Shown: positions 16,916 to 27,885, counted from the first letter of the stretch. The stretch: 64,000 nucleotides of DNA from Hyalangium minutum (GCF_000737315.1 NZ_JMCB01000005.1:62001-126000); one strand, 5' to 3'. The notes: a model not told the origin generated them from the sequence alone. A program made the numbers and translations.

Positions 16916-19108
16916 CTAGAACTGAGCCTTCATGAACGCCTTCGCGCGGATGTGGTCGAACTCGCGCGTCTCCAGGCTGTTCCACCCGGAGAAGCGGTTG
17001 CGGAAACCCCGCGAGCCCACCTTCACGTTGTGGTCCTTGGCCGTCTGCTCGTCCGCGATCTGCTCCACGAAGCCCGAGCCGAAGTCCGGATCGAACGTGC
17101 CGAACGCGTACTGGCCCTCCAGGCCGAACTCCACGCCCGCGAGGATGTACTTGGCCCGCACCACCACCGAGTTCTTGTTGTGGTAGCCCGAGGCCATCTC
17201 GTGCAGGTTGTACGCCTGGAACGCCGTGTTGCCGTCGAACAGGTCCGCCAGGTACTTCGTGTAGCTCACCGAAGCATACAGGTCATCCGACAGCTGGTAG
17301 CCCGCGCCCGCCGTGAAGGCGTAGTAGCGCAGCAGCCGGTCGTCGTCCGACAGGCTGTCGAAGGGCTTCCACTGGTAGCCCGTCTGGTCCCCCACGGTGA
17401 TGACGTTCGGGTTGCCGAACGTGTCCGCCGTGGACAGGCCCGGCGAGTACTCGTTCTTCAGATCCGCGCAGGCCTCGGTGCCACCGGGGCACGCACCCGC
17501 CTTGTACGGCAGGAAGCGCGAGTCGTTGATGCGCTTGTCCGTCTCGTGGATGAACTTCGCCTTGCCGAAGATGTCGATGCCCCGGCCGAAGTCCAGCACG
17601 TAGCGCGCCTTGAGCACCGCGATGTGCGTCTTCTTGTCCTGGAAGGGCTGGAAGGCCGTGCGGAAGTTGTGGCCCACGCCCGAGTCCAGCTCCGTCGTCG
17701 GGTACGGTGTCTTCGTGTAAGAGGTGTCCGGGCTGTCGTACGCCTGCCAGTTGGTGTTGTAGGTGATGTACGAGTACTCACCCGACAAATCCAGGCCGCC
17801 GTTGCCGTAGACCGGGTTCACCGTGAAGCCCTTCCAGCCGATGGCCGTCTCCGCGAAGGGCTCGTCGAAGTCCGTGAACTCGTTGTCCACGTTGATCGTC
17901 GCCACCTGCTGGGACTCACCCGTCCACCCGCCGTAGCCAATGCGCGTGGGGTTGCCGTTGAACACGCCGTACGAGGCGTTCGAGGGGCCCGGGAAGGCGA
18001 AGCTCGCGTCATGGCCTTCCGTGAGCAGCACGTCCGACTCGCGGCGCGCCGCCATGATGGCCACGTAGTCCGAGCCGATGCTGAAGCCCTGCAGGTTCAC
18101 CGACAGCCCGATGTCCAGCGGATCGCTCAGCGTCACGTCCACCTTGAAGCTGTTGTCCTCGTGGCGGCCGGCGATCACCGGCGAGTAGCCGTTGAGGCCG
18201 AAGTCCGCGGGCGTCAGCACCGGGTCCGCGTTGCTGTACGAGTGGTACAGCGAGCCGCGGATGTCCACCTTGTCGCTCAGGCGCAGGCCGGCCTTCACGC
18301 CGCCCACGCCGTTGCGGAAGCGCGGCACCAGGTCGCGCCCATCGTCCATGTTGTTGTCCACCGTGGTGGGGGCGATCTCCGCGTCGCGCACGTAGCTGAA
18401 GATGCCGCCCACATCGAGCGCGTCGCTCAGCGCCCACTTGGTCTGGAAGCCGTACGCCGCGTCCGCCGCGTGGAACAGGCCCGTGCTGAAGGACGGACCG
18501 GCCCACAGGCGCGGCAGGCTGATGCGGGTCGCATCCCAGGTGATCTTCCGGTCGAACGCCGAGCCCTGGAGGAGGATGCCGTGCGCGTTGTCACGGTCGA
18601 TGTAGCGGATGCGGCCGATGACGTACGGATCGAACTGGCCGAAGTCATTGGCGCCGATGGTGGCTGAGTCGATCAGGTAGCCCGGGGTGATGATCACCGC
18701 CACGCCGCGCAGCTTGATGTACTGGTTGGAGCGCGGATCGAACTCGCCGCAGTCGCCGCTCACGCAGGGCTTGGACGGGTCACCGCCGAAGCCGCCGAAG
18801 TTCGTCCAGAAGTTCTGGCTGAACCGGCTGTGGATGCGGCCCTTCACCTCCACCTGGCTGGAGAGCCGGGCGTTGAGCAACAGCTCGAGCTCCGTGCCCT
18901 GGCCGTTGTCGCCATAGCCCTCGCCGGGGATGGTGGTGAAGTTGTACATGGCGCCCTGCTCTCGCAGGTTGCCGTAGAGCCACTTGGTGTACGTGGTGCC
19001 GCCAATCTGCAGCTTCGGCGCGTCCTGGGCGATGGCGGGCGCCACGGGCAGCAGCACAGCGGAGGCGGCGAGCGCCAGCGCGCTCCTCCGCAGAGACTTC
19101 TTCGACAT
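16916..19108 (-). CDS. Putative outer-membrane beta-barrel protein of the maltodextrin locus (family not recognised)
   Basis: ATG 19108 after GGAGGGG; signal peptide MSKKSLRRSALALAASAVLLPVAPAIA; alternating amphipathic beta-strands rich in Y/F/G; terminal Phe (KAFMKAQF). Confidence 0.65.
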   Translation of the reverse strand: MSKKSLRRSALALAASAVLLPVAPAIAQDAPKLQIGGTTYTKWLYGNLREQGAMYNFTTIPGEGYGDNGQGTELELLLNARLSSQVEVKGRIHSRFSQNFWTNFGGFGGDPSKPCVSGDCGEFDPRSNQYIKLRGVAVIITPGYLIDSATIGANDFGQFDPYVIGRIRYIDRDNAHGILLQGSAFDRKITWDATRISLPRLWAGPSFSTGLFHAADAAYGFQTKWALSDALDVGGIFSYVRDAEIAPTTVDNNMDDGRDLVPRFRNGVGGVKAGLRLSDKVDIRGSLYHSYSNADPVLTPADFGLNGYSPVIAGRHEDNSFKVDVTLSDPLDIGLSVNLQGFSIGSDYVAIMAARRESDVLLTEGHDASFAFPGPSNASYGVFNGNPTRIGYGGWTGESQQVATINVDNEFTDFDEPFAETAIGWKGFTVNPVYGNGGLDLSGEYSYITYNTNWQAYDSPDTSYTKTPYPTTELDSGVGHNFRTAFQPFQDKKTHIAVLKARYVLDFGRGIDIFGKAKFIHETDKRINDSRFLPYKAGACPGGTEACADLKNEYSPGLSTADTFGNPNVITVGDQTGYQWKPFDSLSDDDRLLRYYAFTAGAGYQLSDDLYASVSYTKYLADLFDGNTAFQAYNLHEMASGYHNKNSVVVRAKYILAGVEFGLEGQYAFGTFDPDFGSGFVEQIADEQTAKDHNVKVGSRGFRNRFSGWNSLETREFDHIRAKAFMKAQF

Positions 19109-19140
19109 GATGTGAACCCCTCCTCCAGGGCCAGACGGCA

Positions 19141-19164
19141 CCGCGGGGAAGACAGCCCCCGCGG
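19141..19164. other. Intergenic 8-bp GC stem-loop inside the operon
   Basis: CCGCGGGG-AAGACAGC-CCCCGCGG between the DOMON gene stop (19200) and the OM gene start (19108). Confidence 0.5.
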
Positions 19165-19199
19165 CGGTCCAGCCAAGTCCTTAGTGAATCGGTACCGCG

Positions 19200-20012
19200 T
19201 TACTTGCTCTGGCGCACCATCTTCAGCGTGGCCTTCGTCTTGGAGGCTCCCTCCGCGCCACACTCGTACTTGAGCATGTCGTACTGGGCCTGCTTCTCGG
19301 ACGCGTCGCCCTTGCCGCTGCCGGCCAGGATGTCGATGACCTGCGGATCGCAGTCGCCGTCGTTGCCGCCGCCGAAGCGGTGCTGGCCCTCGTACTCGTT
19401 GACCTTGCGGGTGAGCAGGTCATTGCCGGAGGGGAAGCCCTCGTTGGATTGCATCACCACCTGGAAGCCCCACTGGCTGGGGTCACCCTTGAGGGACTCG
19501 GCGTCCACGCTGCCGGTGATCTTCTTGCCGGAGCCCTTGGTGCGCTCGGGGACGATGATGTCGTCCTTCAGGCCTGCGGCCTTGGTCTCCACCTCTTTGC
19601 GCACGCGCGCGGGCGCCTGCGGCGAGAGGATGACGAGCTTGTCCCAGGCCGAGTCCGGGGCGAACTGGACGTTGAGGCCCGGAGGAGCGTCCGTGTGGCC
19701 GCTGCCCTCCTTACCGTCCGTGTCGATGAAGACGAAGACCATCTGCGTGGCGAACCCGTTGCCCATCTTCCACGGGTCCTCCAGGTTGGTGCCCAGCGTC
19801 ACCTGGAAGTCCACCTTGTTGCCCTTCTTCTCGGCGGTGAACTCGGTGATGTCGAACGAGGCCTTCTTGTAGACGGTGTCCGTCGGGTACTTGTAGGTGC
19901 CCGGGCCGTTGTCGTCTCCAGACGGATCCTTGAAGGTGACCTTGCCGTCGGCGAAGGCGGGGAGGCTGAGCAGCGAGGCAGCGAGGGTGAGGGTTGCGAC
20001 ACGGGTCTTCAT
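19200..20012 (-). CDS. Periplasmic glucodextranase C-terminal DOMON-like domain protein
   Basis: Signal peptide; FKDPSGDDNGPGTYKYPT, FDIT, NGFATQMVFVFIDTD, GLNVQF..AWD, WGFQVVMQSNEG. Confidence 0.8.
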   Translation of the reverse strand: MKTRVATLTLAASLLSLPAFADGKVTFKDPSGDDNGPGTYKYPTDTVYKKASFDITEFTAEKKGNKVDFQVTLGTNLEDPWKMGNGFATQMVFVFIDTDGKEGSGHTDAPPGLNVQFAPDSAWDKLVILSPQAPARVRKEVETKAAGLKDDIIVPERTKGSGKKITGSVDAESLKGDPSQWGFQVVMQSNEGFPSGNDLLTRKVNEYEGQHRFGGGNDGDCDPQVIDILAGSGKGDASEKQAQYDMLKYECGAEGASKTKATLKMVRQSK

Positions 20013-20037
20013 TGACGGCTCTCCTTGGGAAACAACA

Positions 20038-20916
20038 TCAACCTTTCACGCTTCCAGCCGTGAGGCCGGACACGAGGTACTTCTGGAGGAACAGGAACAG
20101 AAACACCACGGGGATGGAGACGATGATGGAGCCTGCGGCGAAGTAGCCCCACTGCTGGGAGAACCCACCGACGAAGAAGCGGAGCCCGACCGGCGCCGTG
20201 TACATGGCCTCTTGGTCCATGAAGGTAGCCGCCAAGATGAACTCATTCCAAGAGGTCATGAAAGAAAACAGCGCTGTCACGGCCACGGCGGGCTTAGCCA
20301 GGGGAAGGATGATGCTCCAGAAAATCTTGCCTACCGAGGCGCCCTCCATGAGCGCCGCCTCCTCCAGGTCCTTCGGAATGGTGTCGAAGTAGCCCTTGAG
20401 CATCCACACGCTGAAAGGGATGGAGGTGGTGGCGTAGACGATGATGAGGCCCAGCCGCGAGCTGCCCAGACCCAGCCACTGCACCAGGATGATGAACAGG
20501 GGGATGAGCATCAGGGTGCCCGGGAACATCTGAGACACCAGGAAGGCCATCATGCCCGCGCGCTGGCCGGGGAACTTGAAGCGGCTGAAGGCGTAGGCGG
20601 CGGTGCAGGCCAGGAAGACGCCCACCACGGTGGTGCCCACGGCGATGATGGCGCTGTTGAGCATCCACTGGGCGAACGGCTGCTCCGTCATCACCGAGCT
20701 GAAGTTGGAGAAGGACCACTGCTCCGGCCACGGGGTGATGGCGCGCAGCCGGTCAGTGAACGTGGGCTCCGGCGGCAGCGTGGCGATGGCCAGGTTCTGC
20801 CGCCCGGAGAAGGCGATCGTGACGACCCAGAGGATGGGGTAGATGGTGAAGAGGGTGAAGAGCACCAGCAGCACATGCAACGGCAGGTGCGGGACCCCTT
20901 CGCGACGCGTGGCCAT
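20038..20916 (-). CDS. malG: Maltose/maltodextrin ABC transporter permease MalG
   Basis: EAA loop IPKDLEEAALMEGAS..IFWSIILPLAKP; six TM helices; 1-nt overlap with the malF stop. Confidence 0.85.
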   Translation of the reverse strand: MATRREGVPHLPLHVLLVLFTLFTIYPILWVVTIAFSGRQNLAIATLPPEPTFTDRLRAITPWPEQWSFSNFSSVMTEQPFAQWMLNSAIIAVGTTVVGVFLACTAAYAFSRFKFPGQRAGMMAFLVSQMFPGTLMLIPLFIILVQWLGLGSSRLGLIIVYATTSIPFSVWMLKGYFDTIPKDLEEAALMEGASVGKIFWSIILPLAKPAVAVTALFSFMTSWNEFILAATFMDQEAMYTAPVGLRFFVGGFSQQWGYFAAGSIIVSIPVVFLFLFLQKYLVSGLTAGSVKG

Positions 20917-22991
20917 TACGCTGCCTCCGTGGCGCGTGAGAGACGGTTCTGCACCACGCTGTAGAGCAGCAGGATGCCGAAGATGACGGTGGAGTACGCC
21001 GCCGCGTAGCCGTAGCGGTAGCGCTGGAAGGCGTACTTGTACGCCTGCGTGACGAGGATCTCCGTGGAGTTGCCCGGCTCACCCTCCGTCACCAGGAAGA
21101 TGATGTTGAACATGTTGAAGGTCCACACCACCGACAGGATGACTGCGGGCACCAGCGCGGGCTTGAGCGAGGGCAGGGTGATGGCGACGAACTGCTGCCA
21201 GCGGCTGGCTCCGTCCACGCGCGCAGCCTCGTAAAGCTCCATGGGGATGGACTGCAGGGCGCCCAGCGACACCACCATCATGAAGGGGAACGAGAGCCAG
21301 CCGTTGGTGGCCAGCGCCGTCAGGTAGGAGGTGAAGGGGGACTCGAACCAGGACAGGCCCTGGCCGCCGAACATGCGGATGACGTGGTTCACCACGCCGA
21401 ACTGCTGGTGGAACATGCCCTTCCAGATGAGCGCGGTGATGTAGTTGGGCATGGCCCACGGCAGGATGAGCAGCACGCGGTAGATGGGGCGCAGCGCCAG
21501 GTTGGGGGTGTTGAGGATGAGCGCCAGCACCAGCCCCACCGAGACGCCGATCGCCACATTGGTGATGGTCCACACCACCGTGAAGAAGAGCGTCCAGTAG
21601 AAGTTCAGGTAGTTGAAGACCCAGGTGCCGTTGTCCCCCTGCCGGGCGATGTTGAAGTCCCCGAGGATCTCCACGTAGTTGCGCAGGCCGATCCAGATCT
21701 CCGTCAGCGGCTGGTTGGTGTTGTAGAGGTTGGCGTCCGTGAAGGAGAGGGTGATGCCGTAGATGAAGGGGAAGAAGACGAGCACCACCATGCCCACCAT
21801 GGCCGGCGCGATGTACGCGTAGGCCTCGCGGTGCTCCACCATCGTGGACACCGTGCGGTGCAGCCCGCCCAGGCCGATGAAGGCCAGCAGCGCCAGCCCC
21901 AGCAGCCCCAGCAGCGCCGAGGCCCGTGAGGCTTGGCTCTGCAGCGTCTCCACGCGCTGGGTGACCACGGCCTCGTTCACCGTGCCCTGCGCGTCCAGCA
22001 GGCCCAGCGGCTTGCGGTAGACGTCCGTGTCCCAGGTGCCCGGCGCGAGCGCCGGCTCGGTGGTGAGGTTCTGCGCGGTGATGGCCGCCTTGCCGCGCTC
22101 GGCGATGGCGCGCAGGTGCTCCGCCACCGCGCCCTGTGAGCCACGCACCCCGTCCTCCAGGGCGCGCATGGAGTACTGGGTGTAGCCGCCCAGGCCCGCC
22201 ATGAAGAGCACCGCCGCTGCAGCCACCAACTGCCACTGCCGCTGCAGCTTCACGAAGGAGACGCCCAGCAGCACCAGCAGCGGCAGGAAGAAGGCCAGCA
22301 GCACCGGCGCCAGCCCGGGACGCTCCGCCTTGGGGAGCGGCTGGGTGGCCAGATCCACCATGCCCACCACCCCTCCATCCGCCTCGACCGGCGCGGAGAA
22401 GAGCCGGCCGCCCGTGGGCAACAGCTCGATCTCGATCTCCGGCTTGCGGGCGCTGCCCTCTTCGCGGTTGGTCTCCACCGCGGCGCGCAGGCGCTGCCCA
22501 CGGTCGTAGATGACCTTCTCCTCGCGCGCGAGCCGCCGAGGCGCCGCCTTGTCGCCTTGGTCCTCCGGGAAGGTGGAGGACTCCAGCTTGACGCCGGAGA
22601 AGGCGATCACGCGCACGTGGCTGCCCGCGGGCAGCTGCTCCTTGGCCGCGTCCACCACGGCGCGCACCCCATCTCCGCTGCCGCCCGCGCGGCGCACGAG
22701 GTCCGCCAGGGCGTTCAGGGAGATGAGGGTGCGGCGCTGCTCGCGCTCGATGGCGGCGTCTTCACGCGCCTGGGCGAGCAGGGCGTAAGCCAGCGCCAGC
22801 CCCACGCCGAGCGCAAGGGCCAGCCCCACCAGCACGCGGGGCCGCCGCACGCTGGGGGGATTCGTCTGAGGAGGAATCACGGAGGAGCCTGCTGCAGGGG
22901 GAGAGACCTGGACACCGGAGGGACCGGGCCCAGGAGCGGCGGCGCCAGGGGAGGCGCCGCCCGAGGAAGGCGGGGGTACGGCGCTGCTCAC
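20916..22991 (-). CDS. malF: Maltose/maltodextrin ABC permease MalF with a large N-terminal extension
   Basis: C-terminal ~300 aa permease with ELYEAARVDGASRWQQF and ILPWAMP; ~380 extra N-terminal aa with TM and soluble domains. Confidence 0.8.
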   Translation of the reverse strand: MSSAVPPPSSGGASPGAAAPGPGPSGVQVSPPAAGSSVIPPQTNPPSVRRPRVLVGLALALGVGLALAYALLAQAREDAAIEREQRRTLISLNALADLVRRAGGSGDGVRAVVDAAKEQLPAGSHVRVIAFSGVKLESSTFPEDQGDKAAPRRLAREEKVIYDRGQRLRAAVETNREEGSARKPEIEIELLPTGGRLFSAPVEADGGVVGMVDLATQPLPKAERPGLAPVLLAFFLPLLVLLGVSFVKLQRQWQLVAAAAVLFMAGLGGYTQYSMRALEDGVRGSQGAVAEHLRAIAERGKAAITAQNLTTEPALAPGTWDTDVYRKPLGLLDAQGTVNEAVVTQRVETLQSQASRASALLGLLGLALLAFIGLGGLHRTVSTMVEHREAYAYIAPAMVGMVVLVFFPFIYGITLSFTDANLYNTNQPLTEIWIGLRNYVEILGDFNIARQGDNGTWVFNYLNFYWTLFFTVVWTITNVAIGVSVGLVLALILNTPNLALRPIYRVLLILPWAMPNYITALIWKGMFHQQFGVVNHVIRMFGGQGLSWFESPFTSYLTALATNGWLSFPFMMVVSLGALQSIPMELYEAARVDGASRWQQFVAITLPSLKPALVPAVILSVVWTFNMFNIIFLVTEGEPGNSTEILVTQAYKYAFQRYRYGYAAAYSTVIFGILLLYSVVQNRLSRATEAA

Positions 22992-24214
22992 TTCTTCCGC
23001 AGCCCCGCGACGTCCTTGGCCACCTGCTGCTGCGCCTTGTCGAGCGCGGCCTTCGGCGAAGAGGTCTTCTTCAGGATGGCGTTCATCGCCGTGGTGGCCG
23101 GCGACCAGACCATGGTCATCTCCGGCACGTTCGGCATGGGCACCGCCACGTTCACCTGATCACGGAACGCCTTGAGCTGCGGATCCTTGGACACGTCGGC
23201 GTCGTTGTAGACCTCGGTGTTCGCGGGACTCTGGCGGCCCTCGAGCGCCAGCACCTTGGCGGAGGTCGTCAGGGTGAGGAACTTGGCGAACTCGAAAGCG
23301 GCCTCCTTGTTCTTCGAGGGAGCCGTCACGTACACGCCCTCCACCGTCATCCACGGGCGCATCGGCTTGCCGCCCGCCTCGTCAATCGTGGGCAGGGTGG
23401 TGATGCCGTAGTCGATGCCCTTGGCGATCTCGCCCAGGAACCACGGACCGGAGAACACGATGCCCGCCTTGCCGTCGTTGAAGAGCGAGGTGATGAGCGC
23501 CGTAGAGGGCTCCGCGGGGAGGATGCCGTCCTTGTCGATCCACTTGAGCAGGTAGTCGATGGACTGCACGTTCTCCTTGGAGTTCATCGTGGGGTTGAAC
23601 TTGGCGTCGAACACGCCGCCGCCGAAGCCGTTCATCAGCGCCGCGTGGTAGTAGAAGTCGCCGTACGAGTACGCCAGCCCGAAGCGCCCGGCCTTCTTGT
23701 CCGTGAGCTTCTTGGCCAGGGCGACCAGCTCGCCGGTGGTCTTCGGCGGGGTGGGGACGAGCTTCTTGTTATAGATGAGCGCGATGTTCTTGTAGTTCAG
23801 CGGCAGCCCGTACACAGTGCCCCGGTACGTCATCGCCTGCATCGTGGTGGGGATGAAGCGCTGCTTGAGCGCGTCATCCAGGAAGAAGTCGATGGGCTCG
23901 ATGGTGTTGCCGGCCTCGATCCAGCCGCCCAGACGGTCCTGCGCGAAGATGAAGAGGTCCGGACCTTTGCCGCGCGGCACGGTGGCGGTGATCTTGTCCG
24001 CGAAGGCGTCATACGGCACGGCCAGCGTGGTGACCTTGAACTTGCCGGCGTTGGCCTTGTTGTACTCGGCCACCACCTTCTCCAGCGCGGACTTCTCCTC
24101 GGCACGGTAGGAGTGCCACAGGACGATCTCCGTCTCGGCGGCGGCGGCGGTCAGGGGCAGCAGACCGAGCACACTGAGGCACACGGCCGCGATCAGCAGT
24201 CGCAGGTTCTTCAT
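22988..24214 (-). CDS. malE: Maltose/maltodextrin-binding periplasmic protein
   Basis: Signal peptide; GKGPDLFIFAQDRLGGW, YGLPL, ALIYNK, FSGPW, PMPNVPEM..VW. Confidence 0.85.
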   Translation of the reverse strand: MKNLRLLIAAVCLSVLGLLPLTAAAAETEIVLWHSYRAEEKSALEKVVAEYNKANAGKFKVTTLAVPYDAFADKITATVPRGKGPDLFIFAQDRLGGWIEAGNTIEPIDFFLDDALKQRFIPTTMQAMTYRGTVYGLPLNYKNIALIYNKKLVPTPPKTTGELVALAKKLTDKKAGRFGLAYSYGDFYYHAALMNGFGGGVFDAKFNPTMNSKENVQSIDYLLKWIDKDGILPAEPSTALITSLFNDGKAGIVFSGPWFLGEIAKGIDYGITTLPTIDEAGGKPMRPWMTVEGVYVTAPSKNKEAAFEFAKFLTLTTSAKVLALEGRQSPANTEVYNDADVSKDPQLKAFRDQVNVAVPMPNVPEMTMVWSPATTAMNAILKKTSSPKAALDKAQQQVAKDVAGLRKK

Positions 24215-24243
24215 GAGTGGGGCGCTCCGGGGAAGCAGGCGAA

Positions 24244-25338
<1,095 letters not shown>

Positions 25339-25365
25339 CAGATCCCTCGCCCCTGAACTTCAGGG

Positions 25366-26955
25366 TTATTGGGTTTGGATTCTTCCCAGGATGCGTGCCC
25401 CGAGCGGCTCCACCGTGAGCTCCAGGGAGGGGCCTTCCAGCCGGCCCCCGTTCAACACGTCTTCCGCCGCCGTCCTGCCCCACGCCTCGGGCCAGGGCAG
25501 CGACACCTTCGCTGGCTGCGCGCCGCGGTTGATCGCCACGATCACCGCGTCGCCCGAGCCCGCCTCGTGCCGCAGGAAGACATAGAGGTCTCCGTCGGTG
25601 GAGAGCCCCTGGTGCGTCCCCCGCGAGAGCGCCACGTGCGCGCGGCGGATGGAGGTGAGCTTCTGGTAGAGCTTGCGCAGGTCCTCGTCGCGCGGCTTGC
25701 CGGCGCCGGGCCTCACGTCGCGCGAGCCCCACGGCATGTCGCTGCGGTTCGCGGGCCAGTCGCCGCCGGGGCGGGCGACCTCCTCGCCGTAATAGAGGGT
25801 GGGGATGCCGGAGGTGGTGAGCTGCAGCACCACCGCGAGGCGGAAGCGCTTCACGTCGCCCTCGAGCTGGTGCAGTGCGCCCGTCACGTCATGCGAGGAC
25901 AGGAAGTGGGCCAGCAGGTAGCCGGGGCGCACCTTGGCGCGTGACTTGAGGTACTTGTCGAAGGCGATGGTGCGGCCGCGGCCCTGCACGAAGGCGAGCG
26001 TGCTGCCCTGGAAGCCGAAGTCGAAGCCGGCGTCCATCTCGTCCCCGGCGAACCACGGGTCCAGCGACTCCGCGTCGCCACCCCATACCTCGCCCAGCAG
26101 GAAGAAGTCCTTGCTCACCTCTTCGCGCAGGCGGCGGCGGTGCTCCTTCCAGAAGGGGTGATCCACGTGCTTCACCGTGTCCAGCCGGAAGCCGTCCACC
26201 CCGGAGCGCTTGGCCCAGTCCAGCTGCGCGTCCAGCAGGTACTTGGCCACCTCGGGCAGCTCTGTCTTGAAGTCCGGCAGGCCGGAGACGCAGCTCGTCA
26301 CGTCGTCCTGGCCGCAGGTGCCCCGCTCCTCCGAGCGCAGCCAGTTCTTCGTCTCGGGCTTCGTGACGTAGTGCGAGTTGTAGCCCGGGTGGTTGTAGAC
26401 CACGTCCAGCAGCACGCGGATGCCCCGGCGGTGCGCGTCGTCCACCAGCGCGCGCAGGTCTTCCTCGGTGCCGATGCGCGGATCCAGCTGGTGGAAGTCA
26501 TCCGCCCAGTAGCCGTGGTAGCCCCAGTCCGGGAAGCCCGCGCCGGTGACGAAGCTGTCGATGTTCTTCACCACCGGAGTGATCCACAGCGCTGTCACGC
26601 CCAGCGAGCTCAGCTCGTCCAGCTGCTGGCGCAGGCCCTTCAGGTCTCCACCGTGGAAGGCGCCTTGCGCGGCCACGTCCACCGCCGTGTTGTTGGCGGC
26701 ATCTCCGTCGGCGAAGCGATCGACGACGACGAAGTAGAGGATCTCGTCCGCCCAGGGGCGCGGTGCCACTTTGGGCGCGGCGGGCGGAGCGGGGGGCTGC
26801 GGGGCGGCTGCGGTGGGGGGGCTCGCGGGGGTGGGCCCAGCCTCGGGCTGTGGAGCAGTGTGTGCGCAACTCAGCAGGTGAAGCGCGAAAAGCAGCGGCA
26901 CCGTTGCATGACGCAAGCGCACAAGAGCTTGGCTGCGGGGCTGGGGGTCCTGCAT
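25366..26955 (-). CDS. GH13 alpha-amylase/cyclomaltodextrinase-like lipoprotein
   Basis: Lipobox LHLLSC; VDRFADGD, GGDLKG, YHGYW, DVVYNH, GFRLDTVKH / GEVW / SSHD triad. Confidence 0.88.
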   Translation of the reverse strand: MQDPQPRSQALVRLRHATVPLLFALHLLSCAHTAPQPEAGPTPASPPTAAAPQPPAPPAAPKVAPRPWADEILYFVVVDRFADGDAANNTAVDVAAQGAFHGGDLKGLRQQLDELSSLGVTALWITPVVKNIDSFVTGAGFPDWGYHGYWADDFHQLDPRIGTEEDLRALVDDAHRRGIRVLLDVVYNHPGYNSHYVTKPETKNWLRSEERGTCGQDDVTSCVSGLPDFKTELPEVAKYLLDAQLDWAKRSGVDGFRLDTVKHVDHPFWKEHRRRLREEVSKDFFLLGEVWGGDAESLDPWFAGDEMDAGFDFGFQGSTLAFVQGRGRTIAFDKYLKSRAKVRPGYLLAHFLSSHDVTGALHQLEGDVKRFRLAVVLQLTTSGIPTLYYGEEVARPGGDWPANRSDMPWGSRDVRPGAGKPRDEDLRKLYQKLTSIRRAHVALSRGTHQGLSTDGDLYVFLRHEAGSGDAVIVAINRGAQPAKVSLPWPEAWGRTAAEDVLNGGRLEGPSLELTVEPLGARILGRIQTQ

Positions 26956-27158
26956 CGCGGCGCGACTGTTTCACAGAATGCTGGAGAGGTGAACTGTCTG
27001 TCGCCCCCCCCAGCAGACCTCTTTGGTCACGTTCCCCAGCGCGTTCGGAATGATGCGCCGCGTCGATATTTCCGAGTGAAACGGCGCTACCACCCAGAGT
27101 CTGACGCGGTGCGTATCGGGCAGAGGTGACTTCGTCCGTGGGCCAGAAAGTGCCTACC

Positions 27159-27596
27159 TCATGGGTTTTGGCGGTAGGGCGAGGGCTCCTCGGGCCAGGC
27201 GTTCGGCTGGCACTGGGTCTGGTCGTTGTCGATGACGACCTCGCGCGCGATGCGCTCCTGGTTGTTGTAGTCGAACGAGGTGCGCACCTGGGCGCCCGGC
27301 GCCAGGTACTCGCGGGCCACGAGGTCTCCGTTGCGATCCTTGTACATCGTCTGCTCGTCGACGCGCATGGAGCGCTCGAAGCCCTTGTCATCGCGGACGA
27401 TCAGCGTGTCGCGGTAGTCGGCCACTACAGTGCCTCGGATGAGCGGGCCGGTGTCACCCCGGGCGATGTCCGGGTTTTGGGCCACGCGCGTGGGCGGAGA
27501 GGCCTCCGAGGAGTAGCCCCCCACGGTTGTGCCCGTCGCGCACCCCCACAAGCACGCCGCTCCCAACGCCGCCGCTCCCATGATCCAGGTCTTCAT
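27159..27596 (-). CDS. Small lipoprotein with a beta-rich (OB-like) domain, hypothetical
   Basis: Lipobox CLWGC; GTVV..DTLIV.....MRVDEQT....L.PGAQV beta pattern. Confidence 0.65.
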   Translation of the reverse strand: MKTWIMGAAALGAACLWGCATGTTVGGYSSEASPPTRVAQNPDIARGDTGPLIRGTVVADYRDTLIVRDDKGFERSMRVDEQTMYKDRNGDLVAREYLAPGAQVRTSFDYNNQERIAREVVIDNDQTQCQPNAWPEEPSPYRQNP

Positions 27597-27885
27597 GCGT
27601 GGTCACCCCCGTTCGGCGGAACGCTCCGCCCATCCACGGGCAGGGTGGCGACGCCACTCGGCACCTCGCAAGCCCGGCTCCGCTCCCTGAGGGGCAGGCG
27701 AGCGCAATCCCAGGGTTTCCCAGGTTCTGCTGGCAATCCGCACTGTCTGCTCCCTTACGAGGAGGGCACAGCGGGAGCCAGTCTGGACGCTTGCTCACCC
27801 AGCCCTGCTAGTCTGCGCACGCTTCGCGCCGGGCCAGGCCTCTTGCTTCTTCGTCGCGAGTCACACGTGCCAGCGCTCATCGCTG

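Noticed and set aside
26956-27158. Possible LacI/MalR operator (GTGAAAC half-sites) upstream of the mal operon
   Set aside because: Second half-sites do not form the symmetric AAnCGnTT core, and no LacI gene is in the window.
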